64,000 nucleotides of DNA from Candidatus Sericytochromatia bacterium (lineage in GTDB: Bacteria; Cyanobacteriota; Sericytochromatia; S15B-MN24; JAQBPE01), in assembly GCA_035285125.1 (NCBI GenBank), contig JAYKHR010000026.1:32001-96000 (forward strand), in the 5' to 3' direction. Position numbers and translations under genes: made by a program. Under the pieces are notes generated by a model. That model was not told the origin of the DNA. It did not search any database and worked only from the letters and a program-made list of their open reading frames with translations. Below are positions 1-10,662 of the stretch, piece by piece; the first letter of the stretch is position 1, and every line of letters starts with the position of its first letter.

Positions 1-1881
1 GGTGGCGTGGGCGGGGGCTGGGATGCGCATCAGACGGGCCACCGTGGGCGCGAGGTCGGCGTTCGTCACGGGCGGCAGCTCGACGCCGGCGCCGAGGCCC
101 GGACCGGCCAGCACCATGAAGGCGTGCATGTCGGGTCGCCGGGGGTCGAAGACGTGCCCGGCCCTGCCCGGCTTGAGGGCCGTAACGACGCGGGGGGCCG
201 CGACCTCATCCTCGAAGAGGTAGCCGGGCCGGAGGTCCACGTAAAGGTCGCCCGCGCGGGGGCCCCCGATGCCAAGGGCCCTCGCCTCCTCGCCGTCGCG
301 CCGGATGAGGCGGGTGACGATGGGCCGGCCTGCGGCGTCGCGCTCCGCCGTCAGGGCTGCCTCCACGCGCGCCAGCACCCCGGGCACGTCTCGCAGGGCC
401 ACGACGCCACCTTTGTGGCCGACGTGGTTGATCAGCACGTAGCCACCGTCCGTGCTGGTATAAAGCGCCCGCGTGTGGGCGAGGTCGACCTTGCCCCGGC
501 TCGTCAGCTTGAGGAGCCCAGCCTTGCGCAGCACGGTGTTTGGATGGAAGGCCCAGGGCGTGGGCGCCATGCCGTGGTCGGAGGCCAGCGCCACGACGGT
601 GTCGGGCGAGGCCGCGAGCGGCCCGAGGGTGTCGTCCACGGCCCGCAGGACGTCCGCAAGCCGGGCCGTCGCGAGCGCCTCCCGGTTGCCCGTGAGCCTC
701 CCGGGCATGTCACGGGCCTCGGGCGCGAGGCCGCCGTACCAGTGGTGAAGCGCCTCATCCGGGTACGGCAGGTAGCACACCGCCAGGTCCCAGTCCCGCC
801 GGGCCATCAGGCGCTCGAGGCGCAGCCGGGCGCCGCCGAGGATGTGGCGCACGATCGTCACGTAGCGGGTCTCGGCCTGCCCGTCCCCGCCCTCGAACAG
901 GGTGGGGCCCAGCAGCCCCTGGCTCCAGATGCGTCCTGGCCCCTGGGGCACGAAGGGGCTGTCTGGTCCGTACCACATGCCCGGCGCCTCCGTGTGGTTG
1001 GAGGCCGGGGCGCTCACGCCCGTGTTGTAGAGGCGCCAGCTCGCGAGGTCCGGCGCCAGGTCGAAGAGGTGGAAGCGCAGCCACCCGGCTCCCCGCGCGC
1101 CCTCGACGCGAATGGGGGCCGACCAGGCGCCGGGCTTGAGCACCACCCACTGCGCGGCCTTGTGGGGGGCCAGCGCGAGGCTGTCGTAGCCTGCCACCGG
1201 GTCCGTCGGGTCGTCAAAGGCCAGGGCCCACCAGGGCCGACCAGCGACCTCCAGGCGCTGCTCCAGCGGCGTGGCCCCGGGGGGGGCTTCGTTCCAGCCG
1301 TGAGCGGGTCGCCAGGCGCTCGCATCGCGGTGGACGGCGTCCTTCGCGAGCACCCCGGCGTAGCCGTCCAACAGGGTCAGCGAGCCGCCGAAGGGGCCAC
1401 CGAACCGGCCACCGGGCTCGTAGGTGGCCAGCGGCGTGACGTGGGTGCCCTGCAGCACCAGCGCCCGCTTGCCGGCGCGGGCGGCCGTGACCCAAAGTGG
1501 CTCGGCCAGCAGCGCGGTGCTGGCGAAGCCGTCCTCGACGTCCAGCAGGGTGCGGGCGTGAAGCGGCAGGGACAGCACCTTGTTCCCGGCGATGCCGTTG
1601 ACGTCCGACATCGCCCCCGTCCAGAGGGCCGCGTGGCCGGCTGCCGTCTTGGAGGGAAAGTTCGTCACGCTGTGCTGGGGCCAGACGCCCCGGCCCTTGA
1701 GGCGGGCCAGGTTGGGCATCCAGCCTGCCGCGAGGGCACGCCCCACGACCTCGGCGGAGGCCCCGTCCAGCGTCACGACGACCACGCGGGGAGGGTCAGA
1801 CGATGGCCTGACGACGTGCGCGCAGCCTCCGAGGGCCAGGGCGAGGGCGAGGGGCAGGCGGGCAGCGGTGGAGCGGGGCAT
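1..1881 (-). CDS. Alkaline phosphatase superfamily (nucleotide pyrophosphatase/phosphodiesterase-type) lipoprotein, 3' end runs off the window
   Basis: Absent from the ORF track, presumably because there is no stop in the window. Both ends translated by hand and in the same frame: MPRSTAARLPLALALALGGC (lipobox), VVVVTLDGA, NFPSKTAAGHAALWTG, and C-terminal GHVFDP...VTNADLAPTVARLM. Confidence 0.8.
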   Translation of the reverse strand, partial: MPRSTAARLPLALALALGGCAHVVRPSSDPPRVVVVTLDGASAEVVGRALAAGWMPNLARLKGRGVWPQHSVTNFPSKTAAGHAALWTGAMSDVNGIAGNKVLSLPLHARTLLDVEDGFASTALLAEPLWVTAARAGKRALVLQGTHVTPLATYEPGGRFGGPFGGSLTLLDGYAGVLAKDAVHRDASAWRPAHGWNEAPPGATPLEQRLEVAGRPWWALAFDDPTDPVAGYDSLALAPHKAAQWVVLKPGAWSAPIRVEGARGAGWLRFHLFDLAPDLASWRLYNTGVSAPASNHTEAPGMWYGPDSPFVPQGPGRIWSQGLLGPTLFEGGDGQAETRYVTIVRHILGGARLRLERLMARRDWDLAVCYLPYPDEALHHWYGGLAPEARDMPGRLTGNREALATARLADVLRAVDDTLGPLAASPDTVVALASDHGMAPTPWAFHPNTVLRKAGLLKLTSRGKVDLAHTRALYTSTDGGYVLINHVGHKGGVVALRDVPGVLARVEAALTAERDAAGRPIVTRLIRRDGEEARALGIGGPRAGDLYVDLRPGYLFEDEVAAPRVVTALKPGRAGHVFDPRRPDMHAFMVLAGPGLGAGVELPPVTNADLAPTVARLMRIPAPAHAT

Positions 1882-1929
1882 GGGGGGCAGCGATGGAGCG
1901 GGAGCCTCAACACCATAGCCGAAAGACGC

Positions 1930-2793
1930 TCAGATCACCAGCACGGGCTGCAGCTGGCCGTCTCGAGACTCGGCGATCGCGACGAGCGCGCCATCGGGCC
2001 CGTGCACCCGGCCGCGGGCCTCCAGCATGCCCGGGATCCGCCTGCCCAGCCGCAGGTCCGACACCTCCTCGGCCGTCGCCTCGTGCCGAGGCAGATGGCC
2101 CAGCCAGCGCTCGAGGGGCAACCACCGGGGTTGGCCCGCGAGCTCCTCGAGGGTCTGCGCCTCTGCCAGGCCCAGCGGCCCCGAGCGGGTCCGCAGGAGG
2201 AACCGGAGGCAAGCGGGCAGCCCGAGGGCCTGGCCGAGGTCGACCGCCAGGGAGCGGATGTAGGTGCCAGCCGAGCACGACACGTCGAGCTGGGTCGCCG
2301 CGAGGGGGCCCGCCGTGAACGTCTGCGCCTCGAGGTGGTGGATGGAAACCTCGCGGGTGGGAATCTCCGCCTCGGCGAGCACGACGCCGGCCCGGGCGAG
2401 CTCGTACAGGCGCTTCCCACCGACGTGCACGGCCGAGGCCATCGGCGGGCGCTGGACGATGCGGCCCCTGAAGGCCGCCAGGGCCGCGCCCAGCGAGGCC
2501 TCCGTCAGGCCTTCGGCGCTGGCGCGCGCGAGCACGCGGCCCTCGAAGTCCCCGGTGTCGGTGGCCAGGCCGAAGACCACCTCGGCGCGGTAGGCCTTGT
2601 CGTCCTGCACGTAGCCCAGCAGCCTGGTGGCCTTTCCCACCGCCACCAGGGTCACGCCGGCTGCGGCCGGGTCCAGGGTGCCGCCGTGGCCCACCCGGCG
2701 GGTGCCCACCACCCGGCGCACCACGCTGACGACATCGTGGGCCGTCATGCCCGGCGGCTTCAGCACGGCCAGCAGGCCGAAGGGTTCGCTCAC
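1930..2793 (-). CDS. truB: tRNA pseudouridine(55) synthase
   Basis: KPPGMTAHDVV, GHGGTLDPAAAGV, CSAGTYIRSLAVDLG motifs; position downstream of rbfA. Confidence 0.97.
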   Translation of the reverse strand: MSEPFGLLAVLKPPGMTAHDVVSVVRRVVGTRRVGHGGTLDPAAAGVTLVAVGKATRLLGYVQDDKAYRAEVVFGLATDTGDFEGRVLARASAEGLTEASLGAALAAFRGRIVQRPPMASAVHVGGKRLYELARAGVVLAEAEIPTREVSIHHLEAQTFTAGPLAATQLDVSCSAGTYIRSLAVDLGQALGLPACLRFLLRTRSGPLGLAEAQTLEELAGQPRWLPLERWLGHLPRHEATAEEVSDLRLGRRIPGMLEARGRVHGPDGALVAIAESRDGQLQPVLVI

Positions 2794-3812
2794 TGCGGGG
2801 CCTCCATCGCCACCCGCAGGACCCTCAACAGGCGTTGTTCAGCGTCTGCCAGCGAGCCACTCAGCGTGCAACCCGAGGCCAGGCGGTGCCCGCCGCCCCC
2901 GAGGCGGCCGGCGATGGCGTTCACGTCGAGGCCGCCCTTCGAGCGCAGGCTGACGCGCACCCCGCCCCTGCGGCTCTCGCGCGCCACGAAGAGGGCCTCG
3001 ACACCTGCCACCTCCCGCACGCGGTCCACGATGGCGTCGGCGTCCTCTTCGCAGGCCCCCGTAGCGTCAAAGGTGGCGAGGGGCACGCTGACCCAGGCAA
3101 TCCGGCCGTCGTCCGTGACGTTGAGCCCTCGCAAGGCTTCACCGAGCAGGCGGACAGACGCCGCCGTCTTGCGCTCGTAGATGGCGGTGGCGATGGCGGG
3201 CGCGTCGATGCCCACCTCGAGGAGGCTCGCGGCGATCGCGAGCGTGCGGGGCGTGGTGCTCGGGTAGCGAAAGCCGCCCGTGTCGGTGAGCAGGGATGCA
3301 TACAGGCAGGTGGCGGCGTCTTGGTCGACAGGCACGCCGAAGTGGTCGAACAGCAGCCAGACGATCTCGCCCGTCGCGGCGGCCTGGAGATCGAGCAACT
3401 GGTGGGTGCCCCACCCGGTGTTGCTCACGTGGTGGTCGATGTTTACCAGCGGGCGTCTGTCGGCGACGTGCGCCGCCGTGCGGCCGAGGCGGGAGAGGTC
3501 GGCGGCATCGAGGCCGACCGCGCCCGCGTCGAGGTTCGGCACGACGTCGCGGACGCGGTCCACGCCAGGCAGGAACCCGAACCGCTCCAGGACGGGATCG
3601 TCGCAGACCACGTGGGTCTCAGCGCCGAGGGCTTGCAGCAGCCGGGCCAGGGCCAGGCTGCTGCCGAGCGTGTCGGCATCAGGCCCGTGGTGGGGGCACA
3701 CGATCCAGCGCCGGGTCTCGCAAAGCATCGGCAGCCAAGCCAACACCGAAGCCGGCCAGCCCGCCTGGGCGAGGCCTGGGCGGCTGCCCTCAGACGGCGT
3801 CGTGGCCTTCAC
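2790..3812 (-). CDS. nrnA: DHH/DHHA1 phosphoesterase (nanoRNase/pAp phosphatase)
   Basis: PDADTLGS, NIDHH, TDTGGF, GGGGH motifs; lies between rbfA and truB. Confidence 0.9.
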   Translation of the reverse strand: MKATTPSEGSRPGLAQAGWPASVLAWLPMLCETRRWIVCPHHGPDADTLGSSLALARLLQALGAETHVVCDDPVLERFGFLPGVDRVRDVVPNLDAGAVGLDAADLSRLGRTAAHVADRRPLVNIDHHVSNTGWGTHQLLDLQAAATGEIVWLLFDHFGVPVDQDAATCLYASLLTDTGGFRYPSTTPRTLAIAASLLEVGIDAPAIATAIYERKTAASVRLLGEALRGLNVTDDGRIAWVSVPLATFDATGACEEDADAIVDRVREVAGVEALFVARESRRGGVRVSLRSKGGLDVNAIAGRLGGGGHRLASGCTLSGSLADAEQRLLRVLRVAMEAPQ

Positions 3813-4173
3813 TGTCGGCCTCGTTCCGTTCCTGGCTGAGGCGGTTGAGCAAGGCCAGGACCTGGGCCCCCCGCTCGATTGAGCGGTCGAGCTTGAAGTG
3901 AACCTCGGGTGTGGCGCGAAGCTGAATGGCCCTGGCGAGCACGCTGCGCACGAAGCCCGCTGCGTGTTGCAAACCCTCGAGGGCCTGCTCCTGCTGGTCT
4001 TCGTCCCCGAGGACGCTGACGAAGACCGTCGCGTGCCGGAGGTCGCCGCTCACCTCGACGTTCGTCACGGAGACGCGCTCGCTCGGCACTCGGCTGTCCT
4101 TGATGCGGTGCAACAAGAGGGCACCGACCTCTTCTTTGATGGCCTCTGCCACCCTGGTCTGGCGATGGGACAT
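3790..4173 (-). CDS. rbfA: Ribosome-binding factor A
   Basis: RVAEAIKEEV, VEVSGDLRHATVFVS, PEVHFKLDRS; AGGAGGA upstream of ATG 4173. Confidence 0.96.
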   Translation of the reverse strand: MSHRQTRVAEAIKEEVGALLLHRIKDSRVPSERVSVTNVEVSGDLRHATVFVSVLGDEDQQEQALEGLQHAAGFVRSVLARAIQLRATPEVHFKLDRSIERGAQVLALLNRLSQERNEADSEGHDAV

Positions 4174-4218
4174 ACGATCCTCCTGGGGCAACCGCGCCAG
4201 ACGTGCCGCAAGGCACGC

Positions 4219-6651
4219 CTAGCGGGCCTTCTCCTGCGTGATGTAGGACTCGATGATGTCCCCCTCGGCCAGGTCGTTCCACTTCTCGAGCGCCATACCG
4301 CACTCGTAACCGGTGGCGACCTCCTTGGCGTCGTCCTTGAACCGCTTGAGGCTGTCGAGCTTGCCCTCGAAGATGACCTTGCCCGCCCGCAACAACTTGA
4401 CGGAGGCGTTGCGCACGATCTTGCCCTCGGTGACCATGCAGCCGCCGATGACGGTCTGCTTGCCCGACTTGAAGGTGGCCCGAACCTCGGCCTGACCGGT
4501 CTTGACCGTCTCGAACTCGGGCTCCAGCAAGCCCAGCATCGCCTTCTCGAGGTCCTCGACCATCTTGTAGATGACGGAGTACAGCTTGACGTCGACGCTG
4601 GCTTCTTCCGCAGCCCGGCTCGCCCGGTCGTCGGACTTCACGTTGAAGCCGATGATGAGGGCGTCCGACGCCGCCGCGAGGCTCACGTCCGTCTCCGAGA
4701 TGTCGCCGTTGCCGGAGAACAGGATCCGGATGGTGGTGCCCTCCGTGCGCTGGTTGAGCTGGCTGAGAGCCTGCTCGATGGCCTCGTTGGAGCCCTTGAC
4801 GTCTGCCTTGATGATGATGGGCAGTTCCTTTTGCCCCTCCTGGATGCGCGTGTAGAAGTCCTTGAGGTGGACCCGGCTGCGCGACGCGAGGGTGGCGGTG
4901 CGGTCCTCGAGGGCGCGCTGGTCGGCGAGCGCCTTGGCCTCCTTCTCGCTGGGCATCACCTGGAACATATCACCTGCGTGGGGGACGTCAGAACAACCCA
5001 GCACCTCGACGGGGTGGGCTGGCCCGGCTTCCTTGACGCGGCGACCCCGGTCGTCGATGAGGGCCCGGACCTTGCCGTGCACGGAGCCGACGACGAAGGC
5101 GTCGCCGACGCGCAGCGTGCCGTTCTGGACCAGCACGGTGGCGACGGGACCCATGCTCTTCGAGAGCTTGGCTTCCACGATCATGCCGCGCGCCGGGCGC
5201 TCCGGGTTGGCCTTGAGTTCCTGCACCTCGGCCACGAGCAGGATCATCTCCAGCAGGTGGTCCAGGTTGAGGCGCTTTTTGGCGGACACCTCCACCATGA
5301 CGGTGGAGCCACCCCACTCTTCGGGCACGAGTTCGTACTCGGTGAGCTCCTGCTTGACCCGGTCCGGCGCGGCCTCCGCCTTGTCGACCTTGTTGATCGC
5401 CACGATGATGGGCACGTTGGCGGCCTTCGCGTGGGAGATGGCCTCGATGGTCTGCGGCATCACGCCGTCGTCGGCCGCCACCACGAGGATGGCGATGTCC
5501 GTCGCCTTGGCGCCGCGGGCTCGCATCGCCGTGAAGGCTTCGTGGCCCGGGGTGTCGAGGAAGCAGATCTCATTGCCATGGATCGAGGTCATGTAGGCGC
5601 CGATGTGCTGGGTGATGCCACCCGCCTCGCCCGAGGCCACGCGCGTCTCCCGGAGGGCGTCGAGCAGCGACGTCTTGCCGTGGTCGACGTGGCCCATGAC
5701 CGTGACGATCGGCGGCCGGCCCTTGAGCTCCTCGGGTGCGTCCTCGTCCTGCGTCACGGCGGCCAGCGCCTGCGCGATGGGGTCGATGAGCTTCACCTCG
5801 TAGCCCATCTCGACGGCGATCATCTCGGCCGTCTCCTTCTCGATGTTCTGGTTGATGGTGGCCAGGATGCCCTTCACGAAGAGGCGCTTGATGACCTCCG
5901 TCTCCTTGACGGCCATCTTGTCGGCGAGTTCCTTCACCGTCAGCGAGCCGACCAGCTCGATCTGCGACGGGGCCTCCCCGAGCCCACCACTCTGCCTGGC
6001 ACGGCGGCGCTCCTCGCGCTCCATCCGCATCTCGGCCTTGGACTTCTTGCGGCCGGGCTTCGGCTTGTTGAAGGCGGCAGGGATGTCCTCGTCGTCCTTG
6101 CGACGTCGCTCGTCGCGCTCCCCACGGGTGCCGTCCTTGCGAGCAGGGGCACCGGCCAGGGCGGGGCGAGCGCCGGGCGCGCCAGGGGCGCCGGGCGCGC
6201 CCGGGACACCCGGACGACCCGGGCCGCCGGGCCGCTCGAAGCGGTCGGGGCGCTGGTCCGGTCGGATCTCGAAGCGCGGGGTCGGGAAGCCTGCCGGCCG
6301 CTGAGGCAGGGCCACGGGCGACGGGCCGCCGGGGACGCTGGAGCCAGGCCGGACAGGCATGCCCGGCGCGATGGGCCGTGAAGGCGTGGGCGTGGGGCGC
6401 GCCTCGGGGCGAAGGGGCGCAGCGGGCGCTCCGGGAGCACCCGCCGGCGTGGCGGCAGGGGCCGCAACAGGGGCCGCCGCGGGCTCGACCTTCGGCTCGA
6501 GGAGCTTCTTGCGAACGGCCTCCGCCTGGTCATCCTCGACCCAGGCCAGGTGGTTCTTCACCGGGTAGCCGAGGTCGTTGAAGGCGTCGAGCAAGTCCTT
6601 GGACGGAATGTTCAAGTCCTTGGCCATCTTGCAAATCTGAACCTTGCCCAT
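4219..6651 (-). CDS. infB: Translation initiation factor IF-2
   Basis: [38 protein letters not shown]; Pro-rich N-terminal linker. Confidence 0.99.
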   Translation of the reverse strand: MGKVQICKMAKDLNIPSKDLLDAFNDLGYPVKNHLAWVEDDQAEAVRKKLLEPKVEPAAAPVAAPAATPAGAPGAPAAPLRPEARPTPTPSRPIAPGMPVRPGSSVPGGPSPVALPQRPAGFPTPRFEIRPDQRPDRFERPGGPGRPGVPGAPGAPGAPGARPALAGAPARKDGTRGERDERRRKDDEDIPAAFNKPKPGRKKSKAEMRMEREERRRARQSGGLGEAPSQIELVGSLTVKELADKMAVKETEVIKRLFVKGILATINQNIEKETAEMIAVEMGYEVKLIDPIAQALAAVTQDEDAPEELKGRPPIVTVMGHVDHGKTSLLDALRETRVASGEAGGITQHIGAYMTSIHGNEICFLDTPGHEAFTAMRARGAKATDIAILVVAADDGVMPQTIEAISHAKAANVPIIVAINKVDKAEAAPDRVKQELTEYELVPEEWGGSTVMVEVSAKKRLNLDHLLEMILLVAEVQELKANPERPARGMIVEAKLSKSMGPVATVLVQNGTLRVGDAFVVGSVHGKVRALIDDRGRRVKEAGPAHPVEVLGCSDVPHAGDMFQVMPSEKEAKALADQRALEDRTATLASRSRVHLKDFYTRIQEGQKELPIIIKADVKGSNEAIEQALSQLNQRTEGTTIRILFSGNGDISETDVSLAAASDALIIGFNVKSDDRASRAAEEASVDVKLYSVIYKMVEDLEKAMLGLLEPEFETVKTGQAEVRATFKSGKQTVIGGCMVTEGKIVRNASVKLLRAGKVIFEGKLDSLKRFKDDAKEVATGYECGMALEKWNDLAEGDIIESYITQEKAR

Positions 6652-6721
6652 TTTAGTTACCGTTTCCTCTCTCGAGGTGTGTCGTGCCCGGAGGTCGAAG
6701 GTGGGTGCCGGAGCCCGCGGG

Positions 6722-7072
6722 TCACCGGTCTGCTTGGGAGAGCCCCTCTCCCGGGGTCGAGGTGGTTGCCCCGTCTACCGGCGGAGGCGTCGGCGGGGTT
6801 ACGAGGGCGAGGAGGTGGGCGAGCAACTCGCCAGCCACACCACGTCGCAACGCCTTTTGGAAGGCGCCTCGCCGGGTGGCTGCCTGCACACACCCGGCTT
6901 CGCGGCACACGTAGGCGCCGCGTCCGTTCAACCGCTGACCCTCATCGAGGGCCACCTCGCCATCGGGCTGCCGGACGAGCCGGACCAGCGCGGGGCGGGG
7001 AACCAGCTGCCGACACGCCACACACTGGCGAGCCGGCACCCGGCCCGGTTGCCCGGACCTGTCAGCGGTCAT
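6722..7072 (-). CDS. ylxR: YlxR/RnpM family RNA-binding protein
   Basis: PARQCVACR, GRGAYVC motifs; lies between nusA and infB. Confidence 0.9.
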   Translation of the reverse strand: MTADRSGQPGRVPARQCVACRQLVPRPALVRLVRQPDGEVALDEGQRLNGRGAYVCREAGCVQAATRRGAFQKALRRGVAGELLAHLLALVTPPTPPPVDGATTSTPGEGLSQADR

Positions 7073-8193
7073 GTGGTGGCCTGGCCGCTCACGACCTCCT
7101 CCGTTTCCGGCGTTTCCGGCTCGTCCTCGTAACCTTCCTCTGCCGCCTGGCGCTCAAGTTCGGCAATCTGGGACTCGCTCTTGATGTCGATGCGGTAGCC
7201 CGTGAGCTTGGCCGCGAGGCGCACGTTCTGGCCCTCGCGCCCGATGGCGAGCGAGAGCATGTTGTCGGGGACCACCACCAGGGCCTGCCGGTGGTCCTCG
7301 TTGACCGTCACGCTCGACACCTTGGCCGGCGACAGCGAGTTCGCGATGTACGTCTCCAGCACGGGGCTGAACCGGATGATCTCGATCTTCTCGTTACGGA
7401 GCTCCGAGCTGATGGCCTGGATGCGGCCACCCCGGGCGCCGACACACGCGCCGATCGGGTCGATGGCGGCGTCGCGGCTGCGCACCGCGATCTTGGTGCG
7501 GTGGCCGGCCTCGCGGGCAATGCCCTCAATAATGACGGCGCCTTCGATCACCTCGGGCACCTCGAGTTCGAACAGCTCGCGCACCAAGCCCTCGCTGGCG
7601 CGGCTCACGATCACCTGGACGCCACGGGGGGTGTCACGCACCTCCTCGACGAAGACCTTGATCCGCTCACCGACGCGCCACCGCTCGCCGGGAATCTGCT
7701 CGGAACCGGGCAGCCAGGCCTCCAGCTTGCCGAGATTCACCACGATGTTGCGGCCCTCGAGGCGCTGCACCGTGCCGATGACGGTGATGCCCTGCTTGTC
7801 TTTGTACTCGTCATAGAGAATCTTGCGCTCGGACTCGCGCAGGCGCTGCGTGATGACCTGCTTCGCCATCTGCGCGGCCAGGCGACCGAAGTCCTTGGGC
7901 GTCACATCGAAGGCGATCGTCTCGTCGACCTGCGCGTCCTCGCGGTGGGCCTTGGCCTCCTCCAGCGAGATCTCCTCCTTGGGGTCCTGCACCTCATCGA
8001 CGATGTACTTGTGGGCAAAGACCTTGAAGGTGCCAGTTTCAAGGTCGAGCTCGACCTCGGCGTTCTGGGTGACGTTGGGGTCCCGTCGGTAGGCCGCCAG
8101 CAGGGCCGCCTCGAGGGCGTCCTTCAGAACGGCCGGCGCGATGCCCCGCTCGCGAGCCAGGGCGCTGAATGCTTCCTTGATCGTGTTCGACAC
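7069..8193 (-). CDS. nusA: Transcription termination/antitermination factor NusA
   Basis: FGRLAAQMAKQVI, AREAGHRTKIAV, LSLAIGREGQNVRLAAKLTG. Confidence 0.98.
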   Translation of the reverse strand: MSNTIKEAFSALARERGIAPAVLKDALEAALLAAYRRDPNVTQNAEVELDLETGTFKVFAHKYIVDEVQDPKEEISLEEAKAHREDAQVDETIAFDVTPKDFGRLAAQMAKQVITQRLRESERKILYDEYKDKQGITVIGTVQRLEGRNIVVNLGKLEAWLPGSEQIPGERWRVGERIKVFVEEVRDTPRGVQVIVSRASEGLVRELFELEVPEVIEGAVIIEGIAREAGHRTKIAVRSRDAAIDPIGACVGARGGRIQAISSELRNEKIEIIRFSPVLETYIANSLSPAKVSSVTVNEDHRQALVVVPDNMLSLAIGREGQNVRLAAKLTGYRIDIKSESQIAELERQAAEEGYEDEPETPETEEVVSGQATT

Positions 8194-8207
8194 CTGCCGA
8201 GATCCCC

Positions 8208-8699
8208 CTACTTGACCGCCGGCACGCTGGATTTCAGCGCCAGCCGGACCTGCTTGACCTTCGCCCTCTCGAGCGCTACGGGCTTGCCAGACAACCCCGT
8301 CAGATGAACCTTCTCGCCGGTCACGGCGCCCAACAGGCCGTGGACCACCTGCTCAGCCTTCCCGGACTCCTCGAGGGTCAACGCCTCCGTGAGGGTGACG
8401 CGGACGAGCCGCCCCTCGAAGATGCGCATTTCTCGCTCCGTTTTCAGCACCCGCTCCGCACCCGGTGAGGACACCTCCAGATGGTAAGCCGTCTTGACCG
8501 GGTCGTCCTGGTCGAGCCGCTCCGAGAGGGCTTCGCTGATGCGCTGGCAGTCATCGAGGCTGACGCCGTCCGCCCGGTGCAGGTAAACCCGCAGGACCCA
8601 GCGGGGACCCTCTTTCGCGTACTCGAGGTCCACCAGTTCGAAGCCCTGAGCCTGCACGACGGGCTCGGCGATCTGGAACAGATCGTCACGCACCGACAA
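8208..8699 (-). CDS. rimP: Ribosome maturation factor RimP
   Basis: GVSLDDCQRIS, YHLEVSSPGAER; TTG start at 8699 after AGGTGG. Confidence 0.95.
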   Translation of the reverse strand: MSVRDDLFQIAEPVVQAQGFELVDLEYAKEGPRWVLRVYLHRADGVSLDDCQRISEALSERLDQDDPVKTAYHLEVSSPGAERVLKTEREMRIFEGRLVRVTLTEALTLEESGKAEQVVHGLLGAVTGEKVHLTGLSGKPVALERAKVKQVRLALKSSVPAVK

Positions 8700-8743
8700 G
8701 GGGGTCCACCTTTCTGAGCAGCTGTTCGGGGTTGGGAGGGACG

Positions 8744-8771
8744 AAAAAAAGGAGTGGGCGAGACCCACTCC
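8744..8771 (-). terminator. rimP leader hairpin/attenuator
   Basis: Minus strand GGAGTGGG-TCTCG-CCCACTCC followed by T7, about 45 nt upstream of the rimP start. Confidence 0.75.
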
Positions 8772-9022
8772 ACCACGGTCACTTTCGCGCCGCTTCCACG
8801 TCGATATGTCAGGACGGGCCTGGGCTAGAGGTACCGTCAACCAGGCGAACCTGGATCCTAACTCATCATCGGGAGACTATCCTGAACGACGCGCGGGGCC
8901 GAGGCCTCGCGGATCTCTGGCGGTGTCGAACGCCACCAAGGCGGAGTGTGGGCTCATTATAGGCGAAGGCCCGCGGGGGCGCAACCTGCCGCCCCCGGCC
9001 GTGCCGCCCGCGGGGCGACGGG

Positions 9023-9568
9023 CTATCCCTTGGTGTAGACCTCGGGCTTGAGCACCCCGACGTACGGCAGGTTGCGGTACTTCTGGTCGTAGTCGAGTCC
9101 GTAGCCGACCACGAACTGGTCGGGGATGGTGAAACCCACGTACTTCACGGGCACCTCGATCAACCGCCGGGACGGCTTGTCCAGCAGGGTGCAGATCTCG
9201 AGGCTGGCGGGGCGACGCTCCTGCAGCAGGCGCACCAGGTAGCTCAGCGTGAGCCCGGTGTCGATGATGTCCTCGAGGATCAACACGTGACGGCCCGTGA
9301 TGTTCTCGTCGAGATCCTTGAGGATCCGCACCACACCGGAAGACCGGGTGCTCGCCCCGTAGCTGGAGATCGACATGAAGTCGATGTCCAGTGGCAGCTC
9401 GATGGCGCGCATCATGTCGCCGAAGAATACGGCCACGCCACGCAACACGCCGATCAGAAGGACGTTGGGCCGGTCCGCGTAGTCGCTCGCGATCTCGGTC
9501 CCCATGGCCCGGATGCGCTCGGCGATCTGGGCTTCGCTGAGAAGGACGTGATCGATGAGGTGGTGCAT
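9023..9568 (-). CDS. hpt: Hypoxanthine phosphoribosyltransferase
   Basis: LILEDIIDTGLTL PRPP-binding motif, FVVGYGLDY. Confidence 0.97.
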   Translation of the reverse strand: MHHLIDHVLLSEAQIAERIRAMGTEIASDYADRPNVLLIGVLRGVAVFFGDMMRAIELPLDIDFMSISSYGASTRSSGVVRILKDLDENITGRHVLILEDIIDTGLTLSYLVRLLQERRPASLEICTLLDKPSRRLIEVPVKYVGFTIPDQFVVGYGLDYDQKYRNLPYVGVLKPEVYTKG

Positions 9569-9786
9569 GGAGGGGCCTCTCGCTGGCAAGCACGGACGAA
9601 GCGGGAATTGTACCGGCTCGGGCCATGTAGCGCGAGGCCGTCAAGACACCCCGTCGTTTTTTTTTCGACGGAAGTGGGATAATGATGAGGAAAAATCGCG
9701 CGGGAGCGCCCCGAGCGTCGGGAGCCCGCCCAGGCCGCGCACGTGACGCCCCGGGCGTCGAGTCCACCGCTAGCCAGGAGACCCCC

Positions 9787-10569
9787 ATGAGCAACCTCTC
9801 GCGCCCCATCATCGGCCTCGCCGCCGCCTCGCTGCTGGTCGCTTCCGCCGGCTGCGACGCCGCAAGCTTCACCGCCCTCAACCAGAACCTCGCCGAGATC
9901 AAGAAGTCGTCGGCCCTCAACGTCGACGTGCGGCTGCCGACGGCGGCCATCGCGACGGCCCTCGGTGGCCTTGAGTTGCTCAAGGCGCTCTCCAAGCCGT
10001 CGGGCAGCGCCGGGAAGCCGAGTGGTGGGCTCGTGGCGGCTGGCGGCCTCAACTTCAAGCTGCTCGACCTGTCCCCCGGCATCGGCAAAGTCGAGAAGGT
10101 CGACGCCAACAACGTGACGGCCGAGGTCAAGTACGACAGCTCGGCGCAGGCCGACGGCTCCATCACGTCCGAGATCGCCTACTTCAAGGGCAAGACCAAC
10201 GGCTACGACATCGATGCGAAGGGCTCCTTTACCTACAAGCCAGCCGCCAGGGGATCCGGCGGCGTGCTGGGCTCGGTGAACGCCGCGATGACGGGCTCCA
10301 TCAAGCACAAGGACCTGGACTTCAGCATCAAAACGCTCTCCTTTGCGACCCAGGATCCGCTGCCGCCCGATGCTGCGAACATCGGCAACCTCGAGCTGTT
10401 CGTCAAGCTCGGGAAGGACGAGACCACCCTCAAGGCCGCCATCGGCGTCGAGAAGTCCAAGATCAAGGCCGAGGCTCGCGTGATCGTGAACGGCGAGGAA
10501 CAGCCCGACATCATCAAGTTCGACCAGGACAACCCCAACTTGGCTGAGGGCGTCGCTGCCAAAAAGTGA
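9787..10569 (+). CDS. Hypothetical beta-rich lipoprotein
   Basis: AGGAG then ATG 9787; signal peptide with lipobox-like ASAG-C; strong GC3 codon bias. Confidence 0.8.
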   Translation: MSNLSRPIIGLAAASLLVASAGCDAASFTALNQNLAEIKKSSALNVDVRLPTAAIATALGGLELLKALSKPSGSAGKPSGGLVAAGGLNFKLLDLSPGIGKVEKVDANNVTAEVKYDSSAQADGSITSEIAYFKGKTNGYDIDAKGSFTYKPAARGSGGVLGSVNAAMTGSIKHKDLDFSIKTLSFATQDPLPPDAANIGNLELFVKLGKDETTLKAAIGVEKSKIKAEARVIVNGEEQPDIIKFDQDNPNLAEGVAAKK

Positions 10570-10578
10570 TGCCCGGGG

Positions 10579-10614
10579 GCGGCGCCACCCCACGGGTGAC
10601 GCCGCTTTCTTTCC
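10579..10614 (+). terminator. Probable intrinsic terminator
   Basis: gcggcgccaccc-cac-gggtgacgccgc (one mismatch) followed by tttctttcc. Confidence 0.55.
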
Positions 10615-10662
10615 ACGCCTCGCCAATCCATCGCGCCTCCAGGAAGGATTCACCCGCTTCTC

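Noticed and set aside
7..3180. 1057-aa plus-strand ORF and similar long ORFs (3898-6381, 9454-12408, 43744-47247, 52873-55605)
   Set aside because: Antisense shadows of real genes caused by high-GC codon bias; no recognisable motifs
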